From Christensenella sp. UBA6345 (GTDB taxonomy: Bacteria > Bacillota > Clostridia > Christensenellales > UBA1242), in NCBI GenBank assembly GCA_002437945.1, contig DJSB01000007.1, positions 1 to 57,111 on the forward strand: a DNA stretch of 57,111 bases, written 5' to 3'. Position 1 is the first letter of the stretch. Each line of letters starts with the position of its first letter. A program made the translations under genes and the position numbers. Below are positions 1 through 10,059 of the stretch, in pieces. The notes under the pieces are model-generated. The model had not been told where the DNA came from and made no database searches. It saw nothing but the letters and a program-made list of their open reading frames with translations.

Positions 1-197
1 GCCTTTACTCTTTTTCTTCTATATATTCCTTTCAATACCTTTCATTCTTTTTTCTATCTATTCTTCTTATTCCTTTTTCTTTTTTTATATATTTCAATGT
101 CTTTTAACTTTTTCACTATTGATATTATTATTACTTTAGTGTATAATAATATTGAAAATATGTGATTATTTAGTCGATATTTCGATTTTGTAGCATA

Positions 198-225
198 TTG
201 ACATTTAGCATTAATATGGTATAAT
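198..225 (+). promoter_or_regulatory. Sigma-A-type promoter upstream of the large surface protein gene
   Basis: TTGACA (198-203), 16-nt spacer, TATAAT (220-225) preceded by TGG (extended -10 TGnTATAAT). About 65 nt upstream of the start codon. Confidence 0.5.
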
Positions 226-288
226 ATAGTATATAATATATACTATGTGCTAAATTTAATTTATCCTAATATGAAAGGGAGAATAAGT

Positions 289-3200
289 ATGAAGAAATTT
301 TTAGTTTATTTAGTCGTAATACTTGTTGCTGTAAGTGTAGGCTTTACAGTTTTTTATCTTGTAAGAGACAATGAAACTATATCAATTTCTACATCAAGCA
401 TTTACATGCGTGAAGGCGATGTTATTGATGATCTAGGGATTGTATATAATAATAAAAAGTCTTTTTCAGATTATGAAGTATTTTCAAGTAACGATAATAT
501 TGCAAAATATGATAAAGATAAGAAGACTTTGACTGGTGTTTCTGGTGGTATTGCAACAATTACTTTCCGTACAACTAATGCAAAGTTTAGAAACTTATCA
601 TGTCAGGTTTATGTAGGTAATGGTACAATTACTAGTCCATATTATATACAGACTGCATCTGAATTAAGAGATATTGGTGCTGTAGAAGGGACTGATGATG
701 ATGCTAAAGTTAAATACGGACTAGATAAATGTTATAAACTTGTTAATAATATTAACTTGGCTGATGGTTATAACCAAACAGGTTATTGGCTACCTATCGG
801 AACAGGCAATGAAAATGGTTTTACTGGTAACTTTGATGGTAATGGTTATACAATTAGCAATATTAACATAAACAAACAAAAATATGTTGATGCAATTGAT
901 GCTATAGAAAACTTTGTTGAAGAGATACCTAACTGCCGTACTTTTGTTAATGCAGGTTTGTTTAGCAAAATAGGACCTAATGGTAGAGTATGTAACTTAA
1001 AAATCGACAACTACAATATTTCTGGTGAATATTCAGGTGGTCATATTGGTACAGTCGCTGGTGCTAACTATGGTACTATCGAACGTGTAGAAGTACTATC
1101 TGCTTATATTGATACTACTAATAATAGTTCTGCCGGTGGTATTGCTGGTACTAGTGTAAGTATGGATACTACAATTTCAGTAGAAAATGAAGATGGTACA
1201 ACAACTAATGAATATGTAAGATATACATCAAGAATTGATAGATGTGCTACTAATGTTAATTTAGGTATTAGCAAAGAAAATGAGTCTTCTTTTATTATGG
1301 GTTTAACAAATTATGTTGGTGGTATAGTTGGAAGCAACTATGGTGGTATAATTATTAACTCATATGCAAAAGGTGAAGCATATCTATGTAGAGATTATAC
1401 ACCATATTATGGTGGTATAGTTGGTTATAATAGTTATGCTGACTTCCAAGAAAAAGATGAATATGTTTATCCATATGCTGGTGGTAACATCAAAGATTGT
1501 TATACTTTAGTTAAATTAAGAAAAATTAAAGAACTTAATAGAGCATATATTGGTGGTATTGCTGGATATGTTAAGGACAGAACTGAACTTGATAGTGAAA
1601 TCAATAGTATTACTGGCGAAGTAGGAACTGCTAATAGAATTATGGGTAACTTCTATTCAGCAAGCAATCTTAACTATGCAGAGAATGGTGGTACAGAAAC
1701 TAATTATACCGGTATTGGGAAATATTGTTTAGGTTTAATAGAAAAAGATTATCCAGATAAACAATATGTTGTATTAGGTAAAACAGATAGTGAACTTAAA
1801 GTTGAACCAACTTATATATCTCATGAAAAGATTGAAAGAGTTAAAAATGAACAAACTGGTGATTATGAAATAATCAAAAAAGAAATTCCTTGGAAATTTG
1901 GTACAGTATGGTACTTTAATGAAAGTTTAAATGAAGGTTATCCTGTATTAAACTATGCAAATATACCTAATTCTGATGATTTTGATAAAGATTCTTCATC
2001 AGGTACAATTACTAATGTAAATGAATTACAAAATATGAAACCTGATGGTAACTATATATTATCTAAAGATATAGTATTCGGTGAAGATGATGTATGGACT
2101 CCTATTGGAACAAAAAATACCCCATTTAGAGGCTCTCTAAAAGCAGGTGCTTATATTAATAAAGATGGAAATAAAGATTATTATAAAATCTATAATTTAA
2201 AGACTACTAAATCAACTAATGAAGAAGATATAGTTCGTGGTGAATTACCTTATGCTGGACTATTCGGTGTAACTAGTGGTGCTAGTAGCGGATATATCCA
2301 AGATATCATTCTTGTTAATCCATTTATTGTTAATGGTAAAAAGACAGGCGGTATCGTTGGATCTAATGGTTGTGTTGATAATGGTAGTGCATCATATCAA
2401 GGTATGACTATTGACAACTGCCATATATCTGGTGGCACATTAATGGGTACACTTGGTGTAGGTGGTATTGCTGGAGACAACTTCGGTACAATCAAAAATT
2501 GTTATGTTGAAGATTATGAAGATAAAGATTTAAACAGAACTGGTACTACTATAAAATTATATGGTAGTGCAGAAGGTTATGCTGGTGGTATTTCTGGTTA
2601 CAATGCTACTGATTCAACTATCGCTAACAGTATGGCTGGCGGAATTGGCTCGGTTGTTGCAGAATCTGGACAAAACCAAAAATTCATTGTACATGTAGGT
2701 GGTATTGCTGGTAAAAATGATGCTTCAATTAATAATTGTCGCTCATCTATGGAAAATGGTGTATATATCAACAACTTGCAAGGCTATATTGGTGGTGTAG
2801 TTGGTACTAACCAAGGTTCAATTAGCAATGTATTAGTAAGTAACACATCAGTTAATGCTTCAGTAGAAAATTCTGAAATTTATGCTGGTGGTATCGTTGG
2901 TACTGCAATTTCTCAATCAAGTATTAGTAATGTATTGGTAGAGTTATCATCTATTAGAGGTTACAATGCCGGTGGTCTTGCTGGTAGAATTAATTATTCT
3001 AGACCTAATGGTGCTAGATATGAGTTCTCTGCAAAGAGTATTGATGAATATCAATTAGGCAAGAACGAACCAAACACATTCTCAATTTGCGGTGTTAATG
3101 AAAATGTTGCTATTGAAGGTAAATATGCTGGTGGTTTCTCTGCTGTTATAGATAATGGTATTATTAGAAACTCATATACTCGTGCTGTATTACGTGGTGT

Positions 3201-4674
3201 AGATTCTGGTAGTATAAAAGCAGGTTTTGCTGTAGACTTTAAATACACACCTTCTACAGGCGATGTAGGTATTATCATCAATTGTTATAGTACTTGTACT
3301 TTTGATAGTAGCAATGGTAAAAATTACGCTGTTGCTAAACAACAAATTTTACAAAATCCTGCAGTTGATTTTGGTATAGAAGCACTTAAACGTGACGCTG
3401 GTTACTGCTTCAATTATGCATATGCTAAACGTGAAGGCGCAGAAACTCCTATCTATAAGGATTCATTGTATAATCTAATAATTAGTAAAGACCCATCAGG
3501 TACTAATGAATCTGATTTAAAGGGAACAAGTCCTAAACATTTAACAAGTAGAAAGTTTGATGATACTATTTGGAAATTTAATCAAGGTGCTTTACCTACA
3601 TTACATGCGTTAGACAACTTATCAAGTAACTTATCTGATGCATTTGATAGAAAAGTATCTGTATCAATATCATCTAACAATGTTAAAATAACATGTAATG
3701 GTAAAGACATAACTAATGGTTCTTTAGTTTCTAAAGGTGATATTCTTAATATCACTATCCAAGAATCAGAAAAATATGAAATGTCAAGTCTACTTATTTG
3801 TAATGTTGAATATTCTAAAGACGAAGCCGGAAATTTAAGATACAATTTCAATTATGTTGTTGGTGGTCAAGATGTTATTATTAAATATTTTGAAAAACAA
3901 GTTAAATTTGATATTGAATTTGTAAGTTCTGATAATGGTAGAGTAAGTAATAATAGTGGACTTAACTATGCTAAAGTTGACGACTGGGTATTCCTAGATA
4001 TCATACCTAATGCAGGCTATGATCTAGAGAATATTCACGTTGTTACTGCTAGTGGTAAAGAACTAGATTTTAGTCAACCATATATATTAGATAGTAAAGC
4101 AAGACCATATTTCATAATGGTTAATGAAAATGTAAAAATTACTGCTACATTTGTTCCTACACGCAATATTACTAAAGATAAAAATGTTATTTTAAAAACC
4201 ATGAGAAAATATGGTAATAAAGAATCATTAGAAAGTCTAAATAGTTCTAATAAAGAAAATCGTGTAAGAGTAGGCGAAGAAGTAACTATTGTAGTTCCAG
4301 ATAAAACTGGTTATGAAATAGATACTGTTACAGTAACAGATGTTGATGGTAATAACATTCAAGTTAACGATAACAAATTTGTTATGCCAGATAAAGATGT
4401 TACAATTGTAGTTACTTATAAACGTTATGGTGTAGCAATCATTAATCAACCTACAACAACTACAATAAGTGTTAACGGTGTTAAAGTTGAAGCCAATGGA
4501 AAAATCCTAGAAGGTTCGGTAGTTAATATGACTATCACTCCAGAAACAGGATATGTAATCGATACTATTTCGGTAGTAGATTCAGATGGTAATGAAGTAA
4601 TTGTTAATGGTACTACATTTGTTATGCCTGATAAAGACGTTACAATTAATGTAACATTTGTACCTAGCGTATAA
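289..4674 (+). CDS. Large membrane-anchored surface protein (1461 aa) with GLUG-type repeats and C-terminal Listeria-Bacteroides (Flg_new)-type repeats
   Basis: The tracked ORF begins at GTG 247. ATG 289 (MKKFLVYLVVILVAV...) follows an AAAGGGAG RBS at 274-281. It has one N-terminal hydrophobic anchor. There are more than 15 recurrences of GGIAG/GGIVG/GGISG/GGLAG spaced 20-40 aa apart, as in GLUG motif domains. The C-terminus has repeated modules GYEIDTVTVTDVDGNNIQVNDNKFVMPDKDVTIVVTYK and GYVIDTISVVDSDGNEVIVNGTTFVMPDKDVTINVTFVP. Confidence 0.8.
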   Translation: MKKFLVYLVVILVAVSVGFTVFYLVRDNETISISTSSIYMREGDVIDDLGIVYNNKKSFSDYEVFSSNDNIAKYDKDKKTLTGVSGGIATITFRTTNAKFRNLSCQVYVGNGTITSPYYIQTASELRDIGAVEGTDDDAKVKYGLDKCYKLVNNINLADGYNQTGYWLPIGTGNENGFTGNFDGNGYTISNININKQKYVDAIDAIENFVEEIPNCRTFVNAGLFSKIGPNGRVCNLKIDNYNISGEYSGGHIGTVAGANYGTIERVEVLSAYIDTTNNSSAGGIAGTSVSMDTTISVENEDGTTTNEYVRYTSRIDRCATNVNLGISKENESSFIMGLTNYVGGIVGSNYGGIIINSYAKGEAYLCRDYTPYYGGIVGYNSYADFQEKDEYVYPYAGGNIKDCYTLVKLRKIKELNRAYIGGIAGYVKDRTELDSEINSITGEVGTANRIMGNFYSASNLNYAENGGTETNYTGIGKYCLGLIEKDYPDKQYVVLGKTDSELKVEPTYISHEKIERVKNEQTGDYEIIKKEIPWKFGTVWYFNESLNEGYPVLNYANIPNSDDFDKDSSSGTITNVNELQNMKPDGNYILSKDIVFGEDDVWTPIGTKNTPFRGSLKAGAYINKDGNKDYYKIYNLKTTKSTNEEDIVRGELPYAGLFGVTSGASSGYIQDIILVNPFIVNGKKTGGIVGSNGCVDNGSASYQGMTIDNCHISGGTLMGTLGVGGIAGDNFGTIKNCYVEDYEDKDLNRTGTTIKLYGSAEGYAGGISGYNATDSTIANSMAGGIGSVVAESGQNQKFIVHVGGIAGKNDASINNCRSSMENGVYINNLQGYIGGVVGTNQGSISNVLVSNTSVNASVENSEIYAGGIVGTAISQSSISNVLVELSSIRGYNAGGLAGRINYSRPNGARYEFSAKSIDEYQLGKNEPNTFSICGVNENVAIEGKYAGGFSAVIDNGIIRNSYTRAVLRGVDSGSIKAGFAVDFKYTPSTGDVGIIINCYSTCTFDSSNGKNYAVAKQQILQNPAVDFGIEALKRDAGYCFNYAYAKREGAETPIYKDSLYNLIISKDPSGTNESDLKGTSPKHLTSRKFDDTIWKFNQGALPTLHALDNLSSNLSDAFDRKVSVSISSNNVKITCNGKDITNGSLVSKGDILNITIQESEKYEMSSLLICNVEYSKDEAGNLRYNFNYVVGGQDVIIKYFEKQVKFDIEFVSSDNGRVSNNSGLNYAKVDDWVFLDIIPNAGYDLENIHVVTASGKELDFSQPYILDSKARPYFIMVNENVKITATFVPTRNITKDKNVILKTMRKYGNKESLESLNSSNKENRVRVGEEVTIVVPDKTGYEIDTVTVTDVDGNNIQVNDNKFVMPDKDVTIVVTYKRYGVAIINQPTTTTISVNGVKVEANGKILEGSVVNMTITPETGYVIDTISVVDSDGNEVIVNGTTFVMPDKDVTINVTFVPSV

Positions 4675-4680
4675 ACAATA

Positions 4681-4747
4681 AAAAGAATGGATTAATTATG
4701 AAGTGATCTCTGCGGGGTTCACTTCATTATATCCATTCTTTTTTTGT
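4681..4747 (+). terminator. Rho-independent terminator of the surface protein gene
   Basis: Long composite hairpin: AAAAGAATGGAT...ATCCATTCTTTT outer stem, TGAAGTGA/TCACTTCA inner stem, followed by a T-run. Confidence 0.7.
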
Positions 4748-4872
4748 TTATAAAACATAATATTTCTAACTAATAATCTTATAAAAAAAGTATAATTCTA
4801 AAAGTAATTTAAGCAATAATACTTATAATTAATTAAAGGTTCTTTTGTGACTATCGAATTATATTTATTTAA

Positions 4873-4904
4873 CAAAAAAGTGATTTAGGTAATCCTAAAT
4901 CACT
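4873..4904 (-). terminator. Rho-independent terminator of spoVG
   Basis: On the minus strand, AGTGATTTAGG-ATTA-CCTAAATCACT is followed by TTTTT. Confidence 0.65.
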
Positions 4905-4992
4905 TTATCGCTTAAAATATTTTGTGTATAACTTATTAAATTGTTATATACGAGAAGATGTTATTAAAATTAAAATATATTAAAAAACTAAA

Positions 4993-5265
4993 TTATTCTT
5001 GTGGATTTGCTTTTGCTTTTTCGAATTCAGCAAGAACTGCTTTGTTTAGTTCTTCACGAGTTGGAGTATTAAGTGGGTGTGCTACATCTTTGTATTGGCC
5101 ATCTGGAGTCTTACGACTTGGCATAGCAACGAAGTAACCTTGATTACCTTCTAATACTTTAATGTCATGAATTACGAAGCAATCGTCAATAACAATAGAA
5201 GCAACTGCTTTAAGTTTACTGTCTTCTTTTTGAATTAAGCGAATACGAATGTCATTGATTTTCAA
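4993..5265 (-). CDS. spoVG: Septation/sporulation regulator SpoVG
   Basis: 90 aa, TTG start. MKINDIRIRL...KAVASIVIDDCFVIHDIKVLEGNQGYFVAMPSRKTPDGQYKDVAHPLN is colinear with the SpoVG family over its full length. Confidence 0.93.
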   Translation of the reverse strand: MKINDIRIRLIQKEDSKLKAVASIVIDDCFVIHDIKVLEGNQGYFVAMPSRKTPDGQYKDVAHPLNTPTREELNKAVLAEFEKAKANPQE

Positions 5266-5359
5266 TTTAGTATACCGTCCTTATTTATAAATTCTATTAA
5301 TATTGTAGCAATTATTATTAAAATACACAACTTTTTTTATTATATTCATATATTATTTT

Positions 5360-6697
5360 ATGAAGAAAAATATAAATATTAAAGCAAAAAGAGTCTTTTT
5401 TATTGGTATAGGTGGCATAAGTATGAGTGCTTTAGCCATGCTTACTAAAACTCAAAATGTCATTGTGGCTGGTAGTGATATGAATGTAAGTCCATTGACT
5501 AAAAACCTAGAGAAGTGTATATCTATATATTATGGACATAAAAAAAGCAATATTATACGTTTTAAACCGGATTTAGTGGTATATACAGGAGCGATACCAA
5601 AAGATAATCCGGAGTTAAAATTTGCACTTGAAAATGGTATACAATGCATAGAAAGGTCGGTCTATTTAGGTGAAATATGCAATAATTATAAGCATGTAAT
5701 AGCCATTAGTGGTACACATGGCAAAACTACTATAACTGCTATGATAGGCGAAATATTTTTAAAAGCCAATTTGAATCCAACAATACATGTGGGTGGAGAA
5801 GTGGTTAATTTAAAAAGTAACCTATATATAGGTGGTTTGGATTATTTTATAACTGAAGCATGTGAGTATAAAAAAAGTTTTGAACATATAAAAAGCGAAA
5901 CAGCAATAGTTACTAATATTGAATGTGACCATATGGATTGTTATAAAGATTATGATGATTTGTTATTATCATTTAATAATTTTGCCAATATGTCAAAACA
6001 GGTACTTATTAAAGGCGATAATGGTTTAGTTAAACAATTAGATAATAAGCATATATTCACTTTTGGTACTGCTGATAGTAATTACTATGTTGATAATTTA
6101 GAAGTTATTAATGATGGATACCAATTTGACGTTGTAAAAGATGATCAATTTTATAGTACATTCTGTATTCATCTAATGGGTGAATATAATGTGTATAATG
6201 CACTTATTGCTATAGCAGTTGCTGATATGTATGGTATATCAGTAGCACATATATACTCGGCTTTATCCAATTTTAAAGGTGTGTTAAGACGCAATGAAAT
6301 GTTGGGATATGTTAATAAAATACCTGTTTATGCTGATTATTGTCATCATCCTACCGAAATTAAAAATTCAATTGTTAGTTTTTTAACTCATTATAAGAAA
6401 ATAATATGTATATTTCAACCACATACTTATACACGAACATTAACCTTATTTAATGATTTTTTAAAGTGTTTTGATGGGGTTAAACAGTTGGTTATTTATA
6501 AAACTTATCCTGCTAGAGAAGAATATATTGAACGTGGTAGCGAGACTTATTTGTATAATCATATTAAACATAGAAACAAAAGACTTATTATGTCTTCACA
6601 AAATTTAATTAAATATGTTAATAATGTAACTGATGGAGATGTTATTATAGTATTGGGTGCAGGAGATGTGTATAGTATAGTAAAAGATAATATTTGA
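5360..6697 (+). CDS. murC: UDP-N-acetylmuramate--L-alanine ligase
   Basis: 445 aa. N-terminal FIGIGGISMSALA Rossmann motif, Mur ligase P-loop SGTHGKTT, typical MurC length. Confidence 0.9.
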   Translation: MKKNINIKAKRVFFIGIGGISMSALAMLTKTQNVIVAGSDMNVSPLTKNLEKCISIYYGHKKSNIIRFKPDLVVYTGAIPKDNPELKFALENGIQCIERSVYLGEICNNYKHVIAISGTHGKTTITAMIGEIFLKANLNPTIHVGGEVVNLKSNLYIGGLDYFITEACEYKKSFEHIKSETAIVTNIECDHMDCYKDYDDLLLSFNNFANMSKQVLIKGDNGLVKQLDNKHIFTFGTADSNYYVDNLEVINDGYQFDVVKDDQFYSTFCIHLMGEYNVYNALIAIAVADMYGISVAHIYSALSNFKGVLRRNEMLGYVNKIPVYADYCHHPTEIKNSIVSFLTHYKKIICIFQPHTYTRTLTLFNDFLKCFDGVKQLVIYKTYPAREEYIERGSETYLYNHIKHRNKRLIMSSQNLIKYVNNVTDGDVIIVLGAGDVYSIVKDNI

Positions 6698-6901
6698 TAT
6701 GTTCAATGTAGCTTAATTTAATATATAATAGTTATTATTTTTTAACTATTTTGTTTTAATAATAAATGTGTATTGTTGATAACATTTTTAAAAAATATTG
6801 GCGATTAAATATAGTTTTAATTCTTATTGGCAATTATAGGTAAAAGTACTTGTTTTCTTTATTTTTTAATGGATAGAATGTATAAAATTTAACAATTTGT
6901 G

Positions 6902-6930
6902 TTGACACAAAGGCTATTTATATATATAAT
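6902..6930 (+). promoter_or_regulatory. Sigma-A-type promoter of the rpmE-prmC-prfA operon
   Basis: TTGACA (6902-6907), exactly 17-nt spacer, TATAAT (6925-6930). Confidence 0.6.
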
Positions 6931-6962
6931 AGTAGAGCAATTAAAAATAGAGGTAAGAAGTC

Positions 6963-7169
6963 ATGAAAGAAAACACACATCCAGATTATCATGAAGTAGA
7001 AGTTGTATGTGCTTGTGGTGAAAAGTTTAAAACTAAATCTACTTATAATGGTAATGTTGTTAAAGTTGATATTTGCAGCAAATGCCATCCATATTATACA
7101 GGAAAATCTAAAGTAGTTGACACCGCTGGTCGTGTAGAAAAATTTAAGAAACGTTACAACTTGGATTAA
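6963..7169 (+). CDS. rpmE: 50S ribosomal protein L31 (Zn-ribbon type A)
   Basis: 68 aa. [22 protein letters not shown]...[11 protein letters not shown] is a typical L31 with CxC...CxxC. RBS GAGGTAAG. Confidence 0.95.
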   Translation: MKENTHPDYHEVEVVCACGEKFKTKSTYNGNVVKVDICSKCHPYYTGKSKVVDTAGRVEKFKKRYNLD

Positions 7170-7217
7170 TTCATAAGGAGAAAAATATAGGCTTTTGTCT
7201 ATATTTTTTTATTGTTA

Positions 7218-8033
7218 ATGAAAATACTTGAAGCCAAACAAGAGTTTAATAATATTTTAAAATTAGCCAATATTGACGATATTAACAATAATGTTAATCA
7301 ACTTATAAGATTAGTTACAGGTCTTAATCCTACTCAATTACTGCTTGCTACAGATATAAGTGAAGAAGAGTATAATCATATTAAAGAGTTGGTTAATTTA
7401 CGTGCTACTGGTTATCCATTACAGTATATTATAGGTTGGGTAGAATTTTGTGGTAATAAGATTGAAGTTACACCCAGTGTGCTTATACCACGTAACGAGA
7501 CCGAACAATTATGTGATATTATAAGTAAAGTATCTAGTGGTAAAAAGGTACTTGATTTATGTACAGGTAGCGGTTGTATAGGACTAGGTATTAAAGCCAA
7601 TTCTACTGCTACGGTAGATATGAGCGATATCTCGGAAGATGCTATAAAAATAGCAAAAACCAATGCCGTTAATAACGGACTAGAAGTCAATATAATTAAA
7701 AGCAATCTATTTGATAATATTGTAGATAAGTACGATATTATAGTCTCCAATCCGCCATATTTAACAAGTTTAGATATGTCTCAATTGCAAAAAGAAGTTA
7801 CATTCGAACCAAAAATTGCTTTATGGGGAGAAGATGATGGATTGGCGTTTTATAGAAAAATTATATCTCAATCTGTTAATCATCTTAATAAAAATGGTAT
7901 GATATATCTTGAATATGGTATGGGACAGGCTGATGATATAAAAAAACTGTTGGAAAAAGACTTTGAATGTATTACAATAATAAAAGATTATTACGATATA
8001 GAAAGATTTATATCAGCGAAATTAAAGGATTAA
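7218..8033 (+). CDS. prmC: Peptide chain release factor N5-glutamine methyltransferase
   Basis: SAM motif LDLCTGSGCIG and catalytic NPPY. It sits immediately upstream of prfA. The start could be ATG 7218 or TTG 7212. Confidence 0.9.
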   Translation: MKILEAKQEFNNILKLANIDDINNNVNQLIRLVTGLNPTQLLLATDISEEEYNHIKELVNLRATGYPLQYIIGWVEFCGNKIEVTPSVLIPRNETEQLCDIISKVSSGKKVLDLCTGSGCIGLGIKANSTATVDMSDISEDAIKIAKTNAVNNGLEVNIIKSNLFDNIVDKYDIIVSNPPYLTSLDMSQLQKEVTFEPKIALWGEDDGLAFYRKIISQSVNHLNKNGMIYLEYGMGQADDIKKLLEKDFECITIIKDYYDIERFISAKLKD

Positions 8034-8036
8034 TGT

Positions 8037-9107
8037 ATGTTAGATAAATTAAAAGCGTATAAAGTTAGATATGACGAACTTCAAAAAGAAATAGTTAAAC
8101 CAGAAGTTATATCAGATAATAAACTTTATAAAAAACTTACACAAGAATATACCAATATCACTCCTATTGTTGAACTATATGAACAATATAGTAAGATAGA
8201 CAATGATATATCTTTGGCAGAAGAATTGGTAAAAACCGAAACCGATCCAGAAATGATTAAGATGTTACATGAAGAAATATACGAGAATAAAGACAAATTA
8301 ACTCAATTGGACGAGCAAGCCAAGATACTTTTATTGCCAGTAGATGAGAACGATGATAAGAACGTTATTATGGAAATTAGAGCAGGTGCTGGTGGCGAAG
8401 AAGCCAGTCTTTTTGGTATGGTTCTATTTAGAATGTACACCCGCTATGCCGAACGTAATCGTTGGCATGTAGAAGTTATTGATATGAACGAAACTGAATT
8501 GGGTGGAGTAAAAGAAGCAAGTTTCTTAATCAAAGGTAAAGGTGCTTATAAGAGATTAAAATTCGAAAGTGGTGTTCATCGTGTTCAACGTGTACCAGAA
8601 ACAGAAAGCCAAGGTAGAATTCATACTTCTACAGCAACAGTTGCAGTATTGCCAGAACAAGAAGATGTTGATATAGAAATTGATGAAAAAGACTTAAAAA
8701 TTGACACATATAGAAGTAGTGGTGCTGGTGGTCAACACGTTAATAAGACCGAAAGTGCTATACGTATCACTCACTTGCCAACAGGTATTGTTGTAAGTTG
8801 TCAAGATGAAAGAAGTCAAATAAAAAACCGTGAAAGAGCAATGAGTGTATTAAAGAGTAAATTATACGATTTTTATCAAACTCAAGCCGATGAAGAGTAT
8901 GCTAAAAATAGACGTACACAAGTTGGTACTGGTGACCGTAGTGAACGTATTAGAACATACAATTATCCACAAGGAAGACTTACAGACCATCGTATTAATT
9001 ATACAGTATATAATCTTGATGCGTTCCTTGATGGAGATATTGATGATTTAATTGATAATCTTATTATTGCTGACCAAAAAGCAAAACTTGAACAAGAAAA
9101 TAATTAG
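8037..9107 (+). CDS. prfA: Peptide chain release factor 1
   Basis: 356 aa. [16 protein letters not shown] motif, RF1 length, no internal frameshift. Confidence 0.95.
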   Translation: MLDKLKAYKVRYDELQKEIVKPEVISDNKLYKKLTQEYTNITPIVELYEQYSKIDNDISLAEELVKTETDPEMIKMLHEEIYENKDKLTQLDEQAKILLLPVDENDDKNVIMEIRAGAGGEEASLFGMVLFRMYTRYAERNRWHVEVIDMNETELGGVKEASFLIKGKGAYKRLKFESGVHRVQRVPETESQGRIHTSTATVAVLPEQEDVDIEIDEKDLKIDTYRSSGAGGQHVNKTESAIRITHLPTGIVVSCQDERSQIKNRERAMSVLKSKLYDFYQTQADEEYAKNRRTQVGTGDRSERIRTYNYPQGRLTDHRINYTVYNLDAFLDGDIDDLIDNLIIADQKAKLEQENN

Positions 9108-9114
9108 TATTCAA

Positions 9115-9152
9115 CCATATTTAGTTTTTATCAACTAAATGTGGTTTTTTTT
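9115..9152 (+). terminator. Rho-independent terminator after prfA
   Basis: CCATATTTAGTT-TTTATC-AACTAAATGTGG followed by T8. Confidence 0.75.
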
Positions 9153-9212
9153 AATATAACTTGCTATTTTGCTATGATTTATTATACAATTAATAATGTA
9201 TAAGGAAATATT

Positions 9213-10058
9213 ATGGATATTAAAGAAAGTTTAAATAAATTAATAGAAGAAAATAAATCCAAGTTAAGATTTATTTCTTTTTCTGATCCGGTTATTGTTA
9301 AGGCTCATCAATTGCTTAACGATAAATGTGACGATAATCAAGTATTTATAACAGAAGGTTTATGGTCTGTTCCAAAAATAATATATAATAAGTGTAAAGT
9401 AGAAGCCTTTATTTTTTGTCCAGAAAGTATAAGAAGCCAAGATGGTATAGATGCTATAAAGACTTTCTTAAAGACCACTCCAGTATATGTAATTAGTGAG
9501 AAGGTACTTAACAAACTTACTAAACGTAATGATGATAATGGAATCTATTGTATAGTTAAATTACCTAAATATGATATTAAATCTATTTTGGCTAGACCAA
9601 AAAGCCTAGTGTGTATTTTAGATGGGATAGAGAAGTCAGGTAACATAGGTACAATTTTACGTACAGCAGATGCAACTAATACGGATTTAGTTATGATAGT
9701 TAATCGTAGAGCAAAAGTAACTAATACACAATGTGTTAAAGGAAGTATGGGCGGTATTTTTGATGTGCCAGTGATTACATATGATAATATACAAGATTGT
9801 TGGCAAGACCTTAAATCTAATGGTTATACCGTATATTTGGCTGATACTAGAGCAGAAATTGATTATTTTAACTATAAATATGCTGATAAAGTTGCATTAG
9901 TAATGGGTAGTGAAAGATATGGCATAAGCCGAGATTGGTATAGTCAACCCAACCAATTATTGAAACTTAAAATGCTTGGGCAATGTGATAGCCTTAATGT
10001 TGGGGTTGCTACAAGTGTATTGTTGTATGATATAAAAATGAAACAATTAGGAGAATAA
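9213..10058 (+). CDS. TrmH/SpoU-family RNA 2'-O-methyltransferase
   Basis: 281 aa. SpoU methylase motifs GNIGTILRTADA, LVMGSERYGIS and SLNVGVATSVLLY. Confidence 0.8.
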   Translation: MDIKESLNKLIEENKSKLRFISFSDPVIVKAHQLLNDKCDDNQVFITEGLWSVPKIIYNKCKVEAFIFCPESIRSQDGIDAIKTFLKTTPVYVISEKVLNKLTKRNDDNGIYCIVKLPKYDIKSILARPKSLVCILDGIEKSGNIGTILRTADATNTDLVMIVNRRAKVTNTQCVKGSMGGIFDVPVITYDNIQDCWQDLKSNGYTVYLADTRAEIDYFNYKYADKVALVMGSERYGISRDWYSQPNQLLKLKMLGQCDSLNVGVATSVLLYDIKMKQLGE

Positions 10059-10059
10059 A

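Noticed and set aside
1-120. Strongly pyrimidine-rich plus-strand tract at the left edge (CCTTTC/TTCTT motifs)
   Set aside because: No ORF, hairpin or clear repeat unit could be defined. It is likely the promoter or 5' region of a gene lying left of the window, and there is too little sequence to interpret it.
3051-4449. Minus-strand ORFs 3051-3281, 3582-3851 and 4237-4449 inside the 1461-aa surface protein gene
   Set aside because: They are fully antisense to a long, well-supported ORF. They have no RBS and their low-complexity translations are typical of shadow frames.
9108-10059. T-box leader upstream of trpS (also considered for metG at 30396-30503)
   Set aside because: trpS starts 1 nt after the TrmH-family gene with no leader. 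The metG upstream gap is only ~100 nt and has no specifier hairpin or T-box sequence.
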